From a virus (lineage: Duplodnaviria > Caudoviricetes): a DNA stretch of 64,000 nt. Shown here one piece after another: positions 45,912-55,583 of this stretch. The stretch spans positions 32,001 to 96,000 of IMG/VR virus record IMGVR_UViG_3300042691_041259, one strand, 5' to 3'. Under the pieces are notes generated by a model. The model was not told where the DNA came from, did no database searches, and saw only the letters and a program-made list of their open reading frames with translations. How positions within the stretch are numbered: position 1 is the first letter of the stretch; each line of letters opens with the position of its first letter. The position numbers and the translations under genes are program-made.

Positions 45912-47729
45912 CTATAGAGCGCCTTCTAACCACTTCTTACGTTTGTTAGAATTTAAACCGAAAGCAATATCAATGTACTTACCCGAGGTACGGTCATTTT
46001 TGATCTTGAACATGGCTCGCTCGGCCATGACAACTTCCCAGTCCTGAATGCTTAATGAACCCAGACCCTTAAGGTAGCGGACGTTGCTCATCTTATTACC
46101 AGCCTTTTCATAATTACCAAAATCTTCCAATGAGTAAAAGTATTGCCTTTTGCTATTAACATCTATTGATGCAAGCGGCGTAATAAGAATATTGAGTTTT
46201 CCACTTTCAATTACATCAGGGAACCATTTATAGAAGAGGTTGATTACCAAGGAGGCAATGTGACCAATACCATCCGGGTCCCAGTCAGTTGCAATGGCAA
46301 CGTTTGCAAAGGTACAGCCTTTACCATTTCCAGGTTCCAGATTAAGGATGTTCATCAAGTCAATAATCTCCGCGTTGGTTCCCAAGTCCCTAACGGTGCG
46401 GGCATTCTTAATCTTACCTTTAAGTGAGTAGACTCCGTCAGTTCGAGGATCACGCTTTTGCAGAATGGATCCCATTGCCGAAGAGCCTTCCACAATAAAC
46501 AGGGTTCCTTTAGACTGAGAAGGCGGGAAGTACTTGTCGCTTACCTTTTTGTTGGCAGCTTTTTTCTTGGCCTTCAGATTATTAAGGTCTTGCTTTAGGT
46601 TTCGTTCGTCAATTTTCTTTCGAATAATCTGAAAGATTTCCGATCCAAGAAGTTGACGCTTAAGCTTTCCATAAAACTTCTTTTCCAACAGTGGTTGAAT
46701 TTCCCAGCGGCCACCTGCGTACTTGGTCTTATTTTGGTCGCCAAATTTGACAAGCTTAGGCGGAAGATTAAGAACAAACATGGTTCCATAAAATGCGTGT
46801 GCATCATTATAGTCAAACATCTCGTTTACCCAGTCATACATAATACGTTGGTGAATGCCTGAGCAGTTGGCGCCATTGATAAATGATACCGAAGTACCAT
46901 TGGCATAGCCTTCCCAGAGGAAGAAAGTTCCAACGTCGGTATGAACCTCAAGGAAGAGCTCGGGTAGAAATGGCAGGTCCAGGTTGAGTTCTTTTCCATC
47001 AAACACAAACTCAAGCTTCATGTTCTGAAGCTGTTGGTCGCGCTTGAGCAAGAACTGTCGAAACGCAAACATGGTATGAAGATACTCTTGATCCCATGTG
47101 CATCCTTTGAACGTGTCTTTTCGAGGCGTGTATGTAATAGTAGTACCAGTCTGTGCTTTGCCTACTGGTGAACATGTTTCCTCGCTCTTTTCAAAGCGAT
47201 TCCACTTGATGCAATAGTCCACTTCGCTATTGACTGTGTGAACCTCAAAAGAGTCAGATAGCATATTTACCAGAGCTGCACCAACACCATTGGTGCCTAT
47301 AAGACTTTCGGAAGAGTTTTCATTGTAAAAGTTGGATCCAGCACGTAGCATTGAGAGAGCCGTTTCCACATTACTCAAACCAGTTTTGCTGTTAGCCTTT
47401 TCAGCATTGACAAACCCGCCTCCGGTATCAACCACTTTTACTTGATTGGTCTTGGAATTGATTTCTACTCGGATCTTTGGCATTACGCCTTTCATGCGCT
47501 TGGCTTCATCAAATGCGTTATCAACAATTTCATTAAGCATCTTATAGAAGCCTACTGAAATTACTTTAGGTTTAGCAACGATTCGGCCGTTCTTACCGCC
47601 TTCATCAACTTCAATGATCTGCACTTTTTCGTCAGAGCGTTCAACCGAACCAATATACATGGTAGGTCGATGTAGTACGTGCTCAAAGTCCGAGAGAGCT
47701 ACGATTTCTTTACTGTTGTTTTTTGCCAT
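45912..47729 (-). CDS. gp39: Type II topoisomerase, GyrB/ParE-like subunit (T4 gp39+gp60 fused)
   Basis: EHVL.RP.MYIGS, EIVDNA.DE, D.GGG, G.NG.GA..VN; TOPRIM IVEG.SA, LKGKI.N, TD.D.DG.HI, RYLKGLGS. Confidence 0.95.
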   Translation of the reverse strand: MAKNNSKEIVALSDFEHVLHRPTMYIGSVERSDEKVQIIEVDEGGKNGRIVAKPKVISVGFYKMLNEIVDNAFDEAKRMKGVMPKIRVEINSKTNQVKVVDTGGGFVNAEKANSKTGLSNVETALSMLRAGSNFYNENSSESLIGTNGVGAALVNMLSDSFEVHTVNSEVDYCIKWNRFEKSEETCSPVGKAQTGTTITYTPRKDTFKGCTWDQEYLHTMFAFRQFLLKRDQQLQNMKLEFVFDGKELNLDLPFLPELFLEVHTDVGTFFLWEGYANGTSVSFINGANCSGIHQRIMYDWVNEMFDYNDAHAFYGTMFVLNLPPKLVKFGDQNKTKYAGGRWEIQPLLEKKFYGKLKRQLLGSEIFQIIRKKIDERNLKQDLNNLKAKKKAANKKVSDKYFPPSQSKGTLFIVEGSSAMGSILQKRDPRTDGVYSLKGKIKNARTVRDLGTNAEIIDLMNILNLEPGNGKGCTFANVAIATDWDPDGIGHIASLVINLFYKWFPDVIESGKLNILITPLASIDVNSKRQYFYSLEDFGNYEKAGNKMSNVRYLKGLGSLSIQDWEVVMAERAMFKIKNDRTSGKYIDIAFGLNSNKRKKWLEGAL

Positions 47730-47768
47730 TAGTTTATCTTAGAGTACATTTATTTTTGTGTACATTAT

Positions 47769-47794
47769 TTATATTAACCCAAGTAATAAAGTTT
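47769..47794 (-). promoter_or_regulatory. Bipartite promoter AAACT-N13-TAATATAA upstream of gp39
   Basis: One mismatch to motif, 13-nt spacer. Confidence 0.5.
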
Positions 47795-47820
47795 TTCTAT
47801 GGTCACCTCTATACACTAGA

Positions 47821-49653
47821 TTAGCCTTCATTGATGACGGAATAAGATATAATCCGGATGCCTTTTTTACGGGCTTCTGCCATTTTGCTGCTAGTAGAAT
47901 TAAGATCATCGGTAAAAAGAACCTTTGCATCTTTTAAACCTGTATGGTGATAGCCTTTTGCTTTAGCAGATTCAATGAATTCTTGTTTGGTTTTAAAGCC
48001 AGCGCCTTTTGGTGAACCTGTCATTTCAAAAGAAATGCTTTCCTTTGAGATTGCTTCGGGCAGAACTACCTTAATGTATTTACTGATTTCCGCCACAGCA
48101 TTTTCATATGCTATACGTTTTGGTTGACCTGGTTCATAGCCGTTAACCACAGCTTTTTCCAAACCATGGAATGAATAATCAACTCCTGAAATGTAGTTGC
48201 CAATCTGTGTAGCAGTAGTTCTTCCCATATTACGAGAAGCCAAGATCATTAAGATTTCTTTTGGAGTAATTTCCTTGATACGGGCAAGCTGTTCAAGCAT
48301 ATTAGCCAGGATTTTTCCGTCCTTGAAACCTTTAGAGATTAAGATCTCCTTATTGAATTTGTTAGGATTCAACAATTCCAAACCGCTGCGGTAACCTACC
48401 GAAAATAGTTGTTTAATCATTGAACCGCCAACCCCGTCAAGATCCAGCCATGCTACGCCTTGGTAAAATTTATGCCATTCCAAAAGATAGCAGGATTCAT
48501 TTTCACACATTAGATGAACTCCGGTTTTAACCAATTCCGAACCACATTTACAGTGAGACGGATGCTCAAATTCTGTAACATTTCCAGGACTGATTACTCG
48601 AAGAATCTGAGGAATGATATCGCCAGATTTTGCAATAGCCACCTGTGCTCCTGGGTAAGCACCCATGTTTTTCAGATACGTGTAATTAAACAGTGCAGCT
48701 CGTGAAACGGTAGAACCATCCAGATCCACCGGTTCCATCACAGCAACTGGAGTAACCGCGCCGGTTTTACCATATTGCCAAGAAATAGATTTGATGGTAG
48801 TAACCGCCTCTTTAGGAGGAAACTTAATAGCCACTGCCCAGTTGGGATCATGGCTATTTTCACCCCAGACTGGTCGAAGGCCTTCCGGCGCCTTAATCAC
48901 AAAACCATCCAATTGGTATTCGGAAGTTTTGCGGTAATCTACCATGTCTTTGTAAGCGGCCTCAAAATTACTAGCACCGCCATAAAAGATATGAGCGGTA
49001 TGTTTGAATCCAGGAACCCGAGGTGTAACATAGATTATTTCGCCATCTTTATGTTGACGAACTTCCAGTGGTATGAAGTCAAGATCCTGAATAACTTCAG
49101 TAGGATTCTCGTCCCGGTTCAGGACGCCTGCCACATAGTTACGAGGATTCTTAAAAGAAGCGTACTTGGAATTAAAAGTAGCTATACGTATAACTACCTC
49201 GCCTCGAACTTCTACAGTTCCGCTAAGGTCAATTGTTTCTGGTAGATTGTGTTTTACCTTGTCAGTAATATCCCGACCTTTATTACCATTACCACGGGTG
49301 AGAACCTGTGAAAGACTTCCATCTACGTAAATTGCATTTGCAGCGTTTCCATCGTATTTTGGAGTGTATTCAAAAGAGTTAGATCCAAATTTATTCATCC
49401 ATGCTACCGCGGATTCAGTAGGAGGGTTTCCATCAAGAGAAGCTTGATACTTTGCCAGAGACAGCATTGGCGATGGATGAGAATACTTGGCTTTACGATC
49501 ATCGGCACCTACGATATACGGAACATCAGAACCAAGAGAAAGCAAGTCTGCTTCCAAACGGTCAAATTCATCATCAGTAAGAATAGGGGTTCCACTATAA
49601 TAGGCTTCCTTAGCAGCCATGTATTGTTGTTCTAAATCGAAACGGTTACTCAT
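47821..49653 (-). CDS. ligA: NAD-dependent DNA ligase
   Basis: YY.G.P..TD.EFD.L, H.SPMLSL.K, adenylation motif KYDG, TRGNG..G.DIT, EVRGE, NPRN..AG, DG.VIK, W..A.KF, G.TG.VTP, zinc finger C.CGS...C.N..C. Confidence 0.95.
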   Translation of the reverse strand: MSNRFDLEQQYMAAKEAYYSGTPILTDDEFDRLEADLLSLGSDVPYIVGADDRKAKYSHPSPMLSLAKYQASLDGNPPTESAVAWMNKFGSNSFEYTPKYDGNAANAIYVDGSLSQVLTRGNGNKGRDITDKVKHNLPETIDLSGTVEVRGEVVIRIATFNSKYASFKNPRNYVAGVLNRDENPTEVIQDLDFIPLEVRQHKDGEIIYVTPRVPGFKHTAHIFYGGASNFEAAYKDMVDYRKTSEYQLDGFVIKAPEGLRPVWGENSHDPNWAVAIKFPPKEAVTTIKSISWQYGKTGAVTPVAVMEPVDLDGSTVSRAALFNYTYLKNMGAYPGAQVAIAKSGDIIPQILRVISPGNVTEFEHPSHCKCGSELVKTGVHLMCENESCYLLEWHKFYQGVAWLDLDGVGGSMIKQLFSVGYRSGLELLNPNKFNKEILISKGFKDGKILANMLEQLARIKEITPKEILMILASRNMGRTTATQIGNYISGVDYSFHGLEKAVVNGYEPGQPKRIAYENAVAEISKYIKVVLPEAISKESISFEMTGSPKGAGFKTKQEFIESAKAKGYHHTGLKDAKVLFTDDLNSTSSKMAEARKKGIRIISYSVINEG

Positions 49654-49683
49654 TTGGTTTTTATTGACAGTATAAAAATAACC

Positions 49684-49715
49684 AAAAAAGCCGAAAGAAA
49701 AAAATCTTTCGGCTT
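49684..49715 (-). terminator. Rho-independent terminator
   Basis: AAGCCGAAAGA / TCTTTCGGCTT stem followed by T run on minus strand. Confidence 0.8.
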
Positions 49716-49741
49716 AAAGTTATTAACAATTTTACTGCTTA

Positions 49742-49939
49742 TTAGAATCCTTTTGTGGCAATACCTTTTTCAATGGCTTCCAATGCTTTTGCTTCTGAGA
49801 GCATTGCATTCATTTTATTGCCATATGAGTTTAAGCCTTTTGCCATGTAACCACCGCGTGAAGTTTTTACGATAGTACATTCTGTGAACGGTACGTTCTT
49901 TTCCTTACGTTTCAAATCGTAAGCTGTCAAATTTTCCAT
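49742..49939 (-). CDS. Small hypothetical protein
   Basis: Start MENLTAYDL (49939), preceded by GATATATA at 49966-49973. Confidence 0.7.
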   Translation of the reverse strand: MENLTAYDLKRKEKNVPFTECTIVKTSRGGYMAKGLNSYGNKMNAMLSEAKALEAIEKGIATKGF

Positions 49940-49971
49940 GATGTTTTTTTGTAGTTTAGTTTGGCTATATA

Positions 49972-50658
49972 TCAAAAGCATCTATCTTCCAACTGCTGAA
50001 GTATCGCACACTTTTCGTATTGCTCGGCTTGCAGGTACATACCTTTGATAAGGTCCAACACTCGTTTAAGGTTTTCCTTTTTGGTGCGGACTGTTACCAG
50101 GCTCTCATCCAAGAGTACTCCGTTCTGAAATTGTATTGGAGAGGCTGTAATGTAGTTGTATACCTTTTCCAAGAATTCGGCGGTGCCTTCATCAATTACC
50201 ACTTCTCCAATTGGAGGCTCATAAGTGTATTCCTCTTTTGGCGTAAAGTTGAACTGTGAATTAAAGAACTCTATTGGATTGACTGTCCAATCTGGGTTTT
50301 CCTCTTTTAATTTCTTTAAGGCCAAGGCATTTTGCAGAGAAAGCAGCATACCGCTATCCACCATGTCTGATGTAACAAATTGATCTTCGTATTCCATCAG
50401 ATCCCAGTCTCTTGGAAGCTGTTGCGGAGGTACCACCACAATTTCTCCGTACAAGGCCACTTCAAAAAAGAACGAAGCAAGCTCGTTGTATTGAGAATCA
50501 TTTATGGCTTTTTCTTTCTGCATTACCCAAACTGGTCCCACTTTAAAAGGTTCCACCCAACCTCCTACAAGGTCATTGAGCTCGTCAATAGTGAAGGTCG
50601 TTCCGTTTTCTGGACGGAACGACCTTACGATCTTTTCAGTTGTTAGTATAATTGCCAT
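49972..50658 (-). CDS. Hypothetical protein (DUF3846-like N-terminus, UVR-like C-terminus)
   Basis: P.NG..FT..EL..LVGG.VE; C-term EQYEKCAILQ. Start at MAIILTT. Confidence 0.65.
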   Translation of the reverse strand: MAIILTTEKIVRSFRPENGTTFTIDELNDLVGGWVEPFKVGPVWVMQKEKAINDSQYNELASFFFEVALYGEIVVVPPQQLPRDWDLMEYEDQFVTSDMVDSGMLLSLQNALALKKLKEENPDWTVNPIEFFNSQFNFTPKEEYTYEPPIGEVVIDEGTAEFLEKVYNYITASPIQFQNGVLLDESLVTVRTKKENLKRVLDLIKGMYLQAEQYEKCAILQQLEDRCF

Positions 50659-50660
50659 TG

Positions 50661-52517
50661 TTATACGATTTCGCAGGCCCCACCAGCGCATGCAGCTTCT
50701 CCTTTCAGATCGGTTGCATCTTCAATTTCGATTACTTTAGTGAGGTCTACATTATGTAAATTTTGGTACAGCTCATTAAATTGTTCTTCGGTGATATTTT
50801 CAAACGGAGCCTGAACATAGGTACCACCGTCATACGGAAGTACTGATAGTCCATTGTAGTATTTGCGGTTCTTCCACATCCATTCGCCAACAGTTGCCCA
50901 CTCGTCTTCTTTGATAGAAACTGTAGCAGATACGTTATGACTATTGTAACCACTTTTGTGACCGGGCTTAATCCATTCGCTGCTGAATTTCTTTACACGG
51001 TTGAGAAGATCCAAAGCAGACTCAGTACGAAGGATAGCACCTTTAGGAGCTCTTTGTGGAATTTCAATTACCGCTGTAGTATGAGGAGAGAAGAACTCGT
51101 CCTTTACCAGTTCTGGATGATTTTCAGCCAGGTAGTTGTAAATTGCCTCGTTCTTTCCTACGCGTACTCGGCGGATGTAGAAGTCGTTATGCCAAGCGTG
51201 AATACCAGATGATGAACCTACAACAAGAGAAGTAGTTCCGCTAGGCTTAACAGTGGTGGTACGAGCTGCAGGATTGATTCCAATAACAGCAGCCACTCTT
51301 TCATTCTCAGCACGAACCGCTTTTGAAGCAGCTGTGAGATCGTAATTAAGGACTGCGCCCGAACCAATGCCGGTCATGCCAACACCTACCAGTGCATCTT
51401 TCTCAGTAGTACGCTTCCAAACTGGACGGAGGTAGTGAAAGTCTGTGTAGCCAGCTTGGAGCGTTCCAATAAACGCTGCAGCTTTAGCACGTTCTACCAA
51501 GTCTTCTTGGCTTTCCACATCGCTAACATTCATTTCTGTAAGATTGCAAAACTGGAAAGGACGCAGAGCAATTTCACAGCATGGATTGGTTCCCCAATCT
51601 TTGTCGTTTGAGAAGTATAAACCAGGTTCACCTGATCCCGATGCTTCAATTTTCTTCCAAATATCTTGAAACTCTTCCTCGGTGATACGATTACGAATGA
51701 TTACTGCGCTATTGTTTGAGCGACCGCGCTGTGGGTTAAGTTCCCACCAGTTGCCAAACTTGCAAGTAAGCATTTCATCGTCATCAAAAGAGAACAGAGA
51801 AATCAAGGCAGCACGACGGATACCACCGGCAAGTACCGCATCAGCAATATGGCAAACAATATCGTGAACCTCAATAGGAGAAAGCTTGTCGCCATTTTCC
51901 TTACGGTCCAGGATAAGTTCCAAATTACTTAGGCAGCGCTTAAGTGGCTCAGGTCCAGGAGCCTTACCACCGGATGTTACAAGACGAGCACCCTTTGGAC
52001 GAACATCGCTAAAATCAAAGACTGGCTTATAGCCTCCATGAAAATACGACTTCATCAAAAACTTCACGGCATCAGCCCATCCTTCAATACTGTCGCCTAC
52101 AAGGAAACGGCGGTTTTTCTTGGGTTTGATGATTTCAGGAAGTTTTTCTACGTGATGGGATTGAACAGAATAGCCAACACCTGTTCCTCCTAATAATAGG
52201 AACATCACTTCGCCAAACGCTCTCCAGTCGTCAACTGGAAGGTAGGCACAATTAAAAATACGGTTCGGTGAAATTTCGATAGGTTTTCCACCAAATTGCA
52301 TACTTCTCATAGAAGGCAGAACCTTCTTGGTCTTTACAAAATTCTCGTAAACGTTTTCAATTTCGTCGGATAAGGCAGGGTACTTCTTCTTATGCATTTC
52401 TTTGTTGCGGTCAGAAATTTCTTCCCATGTTTCTCTGCGTTGTTTGTCCTCTTGGTACTTCGAGTACTTCATAAAGACTGTGATATCACTGAGGATATCA
52501 ATGGATTTGTCCTTCAT
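50661..52517 (-). CDS. nrdJ: Class II (adenosylcobalamin) ribonucleotide reductase, monomeric RTPR type
   Basis: PSMR...FNC, GTGVG.S, GG.RR.A.I, EPG, TNPCCEI, CNL.E, TT.KPSGT.S, C-terminal ACAGGACE; no beta subunit nearby. Confidence 0.92.
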   Translation of the reverse strand: MKDKSIDILSDITVFMKYSKYQEDKQRRETWEEISDRNKEMHKKKYPALSDEIENVYENFVKTKKVLPSMRSMQFGGKPIEISPNRIFNCAYLPVDDWRAFGEVMFLLLGGTGVGYSVQSHHVEKLPEIIKPKKNRRFLVGDSIEGWADAVKFLMKSYFHGGYKPVFDFSDVRPKGARLVTSGGKAPGPEPLKRCLSNLELILDRKENGDKLSPIEVHDIVCHIADAVLAGGIRRAALISLFSFDDDEMLTCKFGNWWELNPQRGRSNNSAVIIRNRITEEEFQDIWKKIEASGSGEPGLYFSNDKDWGTNPCCEIALRPFQFCNLTEMNVSDVESQEDLVERAKAAAFIGTLQAGYTDFHYLRPVWKRTTEKDALVGVGMTGIGSGAVLNYDLTAASKAVRAENERVAAVIGINPAARTTTVKPSGTTSLVVGSSSGIHAWHNDFYIRRVRVGKNEAIYNYLAENHPELVKDEFFSPHTTAVIEIPQRAPKGAILRTESALDLLNRVKKFSSEWIKPGHKSGYNSHNVSATVSIKEDEWATVGEWMWKNRKYYNGLSVLPYDGGTYVQAPFENITEEQFNELYQNLHNVDLTKVIEIEDATDLKGEAACAGGACEIV

Positions 52518-52566
52518 TGTTGTTGGCTATTGTAATTTTTTTGATTGTTGAGGGTCCTTGAGGGGT

Positions 52567-53946
52567 TCAAACTATATATTTTTTCAATTCCTCAATCTCC
52601 TGTTCTATTTCCTGAGCGGTCTTCTTGGCCGCCTTTCTTTTTCCATAGTATTCAACCAGGATACTTTTGAATACCGATTCTTCATCTCGCGTAAAGATTG
52701 CGCCTGACGCTGTTTTAATGTACTTTTCCAGATCCACTTCTTCGCCAGGTGCCACGTTCTTTACGTAACTTTCCGGAGAGATATTCCACTGCCTCATTAC
52801 CGTCGGGTACAGAGAAGCGAAGTCAAAGGAGGTAACCCACTGATAGAGTCCGGTCTTGGGCTCGTGCACAAAAGCACCTTCATAAGCCTCGCGCTTTTTC
52901 TTGGAAGTATCCGCCTTTGGAAATACTCGATTTCTTCGGCAGTTTTCTCGAGCCATTGCAGCTTCCGCCATCCAGATTGGAGAATACGCTCGAGTGGCTT
53001 CCACCTTGGAAATGTTTCCTAGTTTGAGGAACGCCATCATGGTGTTCAGCTTACGGTCAATCATCTGTACAAGCTTGGCATCCACCGCATTATAGAAAAC
53101 GTATTGGTCAAAGTCAGATTCGTAAAGCTCTTGAAGAGTACCCGAGTACTTTACCTTTTGTACGCCTAATGCAGCTTTGGCTACCCAGTCCAGTGTATTG
53201 TTTTCTTTTACATCAATACTTCTATCCCACTTCTTATATACATCCAAATAATCCACTACCAATCGGTGCTGTGGAAGTTCATCTTGTCCTACAAGCTTTC
53301 GAGAAGGAGAAGCGGCAGAAGGATCAATATTGAGACGTTTGCAGCGGTTAATCAAATAAGTCCAGTCAAAACCTATGAAGTTCCAACCAGTGATTACCGG
53401 CATTTTTTGAATTGCCTTGTAAAAGAATGTGTATAACATATCATACTCAGACTTAAAGTACAAGTAACTAAAGTCAACTTCCTCTTTCAGATATTCATTA
53501 ATGCGCTTTCCAATTGACTCAATCTCCTCGGCTTTGAGAACTTTGGTTCCCATTACAATGATCTTGTTTTCTCGGCAAAAAGCCACTGTGGTTACAGGAA
53601 ACTTGGCAGTCTCTGGCTTAGGCCACTCATCGGTAACTTCTACCTCGATATCCACAAAGAACTTCTTGGGTATGTTGAACTCGTAAATGTCACGAGTCTC
53701 TTCTTCGGGAAGAGACCATAAGTATTCTTCCAACCTCCACTTACTCAAGAATTTTGCTCTTCTTTTTTTCACAGCCTTCCCATCCCAGCTCTTAACGCCC
53801 GGTTCAGCCTGACGATCTCGCTCATCGCAGTATTCCCATTCATACATTTCTGATGACGGAATGAGAAACTTTTTAATGGCAATGTCGCCGTCCTTGTCAA
53901 AAAAGGATATTTGAAGAGTTGAATCTCTTTGTTCGATATCTATCAT
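52567..53946 (-). CDS. Family B DNA polymerase, N-terminal subunit (3'-5' exonuclease + motif A; gp43A-like)
   Basis: ExoI FVDIEV, ExoII GWN..GFD..YL, ExoIII YN..DA.LV, YEGAFV.EP, motif A FDFASLYP..M; ends in finger helix ...GKRKAAKK. Confidence 0.92.
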   Translation of the reverse strand: MIDIEQRDSTLQISFFDKDGDIAIKKFLIPSSEMYEWEYCDERDRQAEPGVKSWDGKAVKKRRAKFLSKWRLEEYLWSLPEEETRDIYEFNIPKKFFVDIEVEVTDEWPKPETAKFPVTTVAFCRENKIIVMGTKVLKAEEIESIGKRINEYLKEEVDFSYLYFKSEYDMLYTFFYKAIQKMPVITGWNFIGFDWTYLINRCKRLNIDPSAASPSRKLVGQDELPQHRLVVDYLDVYKKWDRSIDVKENNTLDWVAKAALGVQKVKYSGTLQELYESDFDQYVFYNAVDAKLVQMIDRKLNTMMAFLKLGNISKVEATRAYSPIWMAEAAMARENCRRNRVFPKADTSKKKREAYEGAFVHEPKTGLYQWVTSFDFASLYPTVMRQWNISPESYVKNVAPGEEVDLEKYIKTASGAIFTRDEESVFKSILVEYYGKRKAAKKTAQEIEQEIEELKKYIV

Positions 53947-54434
53947 GCATTTCCAGTTGAGCCAAACCCGCCTGCGCCACGGTCTGTTGTTTCTGTATAG
54001 AGTTCTTCCATCGGAACTTCCAATGTGCTTGCGTAATTGATAGGAATAAGCAAGAATTGAACCAGCTTTTCTCCCGGTGTAATTGTTACCGTTCCTGTAT
54101 CATTTACGTAGTTTCCATCTGTAAAGTATTCCTTGTTTTCATTGGTATTGATCATATTGATATGAACCTCACCTTGGTAGTCTTCATCAACTACGCATGC
54201 GCCTACAATCAATCCAGTTTTAGAGGCCACGCCGCTCTTATTGAAAGCAATTAGGGCATGCCCTGCTGGTATGTTGACCTTAATCCCACTTGGAATCAAG
54301 ATCCGATCTCCTGGTAAGACTACTCGAGGCTGCCCATTGTTCCAGTCGTTAGGAACAAAAAAGTCCACTCCCGCGGACTGAGCAGTTCCTCGAGACGGAG
54401 ATTTCACGTCTCGAAGTTTGCTGTACTTAATCAT
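53943..54434 (-). CDS. dut: dUTPase (trimeric)
   Basis: SAGVDF, IPSG, NKSG, GACVVDEDYQGE, EKLVQ, RGAGGFGSTG; start taken at MIKYSK (54434). Confidence 0.95.
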   Translation of the reverse strand: MIKYSKLRDVKSPSRGTAQSAGVDFFVPNDWNNGQPRVVLPGDRILIPSGIKVNIPAGHALIAFNKSGVASKTGLIVGACVVDEDYQGEVHINMINTNENKEYFTDGNYVNDTGTVTITPGEKLVQFLLIPINYASTLEVPMEELYTETTDRGAGGFGSTGNA

Positions 54435-54457
54435 GTATATGTTTTTTGAATTTGATT

Positions 54458-54483
54458 TTATATTCACGGCCGTTACCAGGTTT
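54458..54483 (-). promoter_or_regulatory. Bipartite promoter AAACC-N13-GAATATAA upstream of dut/polA-subunit operon
   Basis: Motif with 13-nt spacer 24 nt before ATG. Confidence 0.6.
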
Positions 54484-54582
54484 TCCAAATTGTATAATAT
54501 GTTTATCAAAACTTTTTGCCAAAGGTGTATAAAATAGTTATCAGAACGGTTAGGAGTAAGACTATCTAGCTAGGCACTGAGC

Positions 54583-54615
54583 TATGTCAATTAGACACTT
54601 CATTATGTCAATTAG
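54583..54615. repeat. 12-bp direct repeat TATGTCAATTAG x2, 21-bp period
   Basis: 54583-54594 and 54604-54615 in the divergent dut/hsp20 intergenic region. Confidence 0.7.
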
Positions 54616-54676
54616 TCATAAAAAGAGCACTGGCACACTTTTGATAGATTATTAGGAAAAAACAAAATATAAAACT

Positions 54677-55036
54677 ATGCACAGAGCAACATCAATCTTT
54701 AATGCCGTTGATGACATGTTTGAGTTCGTCAACCACAATTCATCAACCTACTCAAAGACCGACCTTCGTCAAGACGAGAACGGTTACGCCATCGATATTC
54801 TCCTTCCTGGGTTCTCCAAAGAAGAAGTGACAGTGCGCACTGAAGGTAAAAACCTTATTGTAGAGGCAAGCACTGAGAGAAAGCTACCTAAGTTTCTCAA
54901 CAGCAGCATGAAGAAGACGTTCCAGGTAGATAACTTGGATTCTGAATCTGTCACTGCAAAACTTGAAAATGGCGTACTAACTATTGAATTCTCTACCGAG
55001 GCGAAGAAAAATGCTCGGAGCATCAGTATTCTGTAA
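54677..55036 (+). CDS. Small heat shock protein (Hsp20/alpha-crystallin)
   Basis: D..Q.E.GY.I...LPG..KE.V.V...L.V.A ... F...... V.AKLENGVL.I; A-rich leader; only credible + strand gene. Confidence 0.92.
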   Translation: MHRATSIFNAVDDMFEFVNHNSSTYSKTDLRQDENGYAIDILLPGFSKEEVTVRTEGKNLIVEASTERKLPKFLNSSMKKTFQVDNLDSESVTAKLENGVLTIEFSTEAKKNARSISIL

Positions 55037-55052
55037 GAGACTGGTGTAAAAG

Positions 55053-55079
55053 AAAAAAGCGGTCTAATGGCCGCTTTTT
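55053..55079. terminator. Bidirectional terminator between convergent hsp20 and minus-strand cluster
   Basis: AAAAAAGCGG / CCGCTTTTT stem with A and T tracts on both sides. Confidence 0.85.
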
Positions 55080-55314
55080 ATTTGTCTTTCTTTCCAAAAA
55101 GCTCATGATACTTCTTGGTGTGTTTAGATGTCTTTAATTGCTTCTTACCTTTAGTATCTCCAGGAAGCTCTTTGTAAGCATTAGGATCATCGTCATCAGC
55201 GGCAGCTTGATCCGCCATCTGATCTTTCTTCTTATCTGCAGTGCTTTTGCTAATTCCTTTGTAGTAAGGATGCTCTTCAGCTAAGAAGCTTTCGTATGTC
55301 TTTACGTGTTTCAT
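55078..55314 (-). CDS. Small protein with capsid-targeting-like N-terminus
   Basis: Begins MKHVKTYESFLAE. Confidence 0.8.
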   Translation of the reverse strand: MKHVKTYESFLAEEHPYYKGISKSTADKKKDQMADQAAADDDDPNAYKELPGDTKGKKQLKTSKHTKKYHELFGKKDK

Positions 55315-55316
55315 CT

Positions 55317-55577
55317 TTATTTATGGAGCTTTTCAAAATAGTCTATTAGGCCTTCAATAGCCTTTTCCTTGGTCTTGAATATGTCGTCGGCCTCGGTCAT
55401 GCCTGTTCCCGACTTATTTTCTCGGTGCCAAGTCCATCCACCCAGATGAGTATCTTTGTATATCTCAACTTTATGACCTTTGTAAGTTCCTTCGTAATAA
55501 CCAGTAGTAATCTTACGAAGTTTTAGATCAGAAGCGGATTCATTAACAAAACTTTCAAATGTGCGGACGTGTTTCAT
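55317..55577 (-). CDS. Small protein with capsid-targeting-like N-terminus
   Basis: Begins MKHVRTFESFVNE. Confidence 0.8.
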   Translation of the reverse strand: MKHVRTFESFVNESASDLKLRKITTGYYEGTYKGHKVEIYKDTHLGGWTWHRENKSGTGMTEADDIFKTKEKAIEGLIDYFEKLHK

Positions 55578-55583
55578 TTCTTA

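Noticed and set aside
38813-53946. Split intein or group I intron joining the polymerase halves
   Set aside because: No Cys/Ser-initiated intein N-block at the end of the first half, no His-Asn junction in the second half, and intervening DNA is ordinary essential genes.
54560-54650. CIRCE element upstream of hsp20
   Set aside because: Only partial GCACT matches; the TTAGCACTC-N9-GAGTGCTAA inverted repeat is absent.
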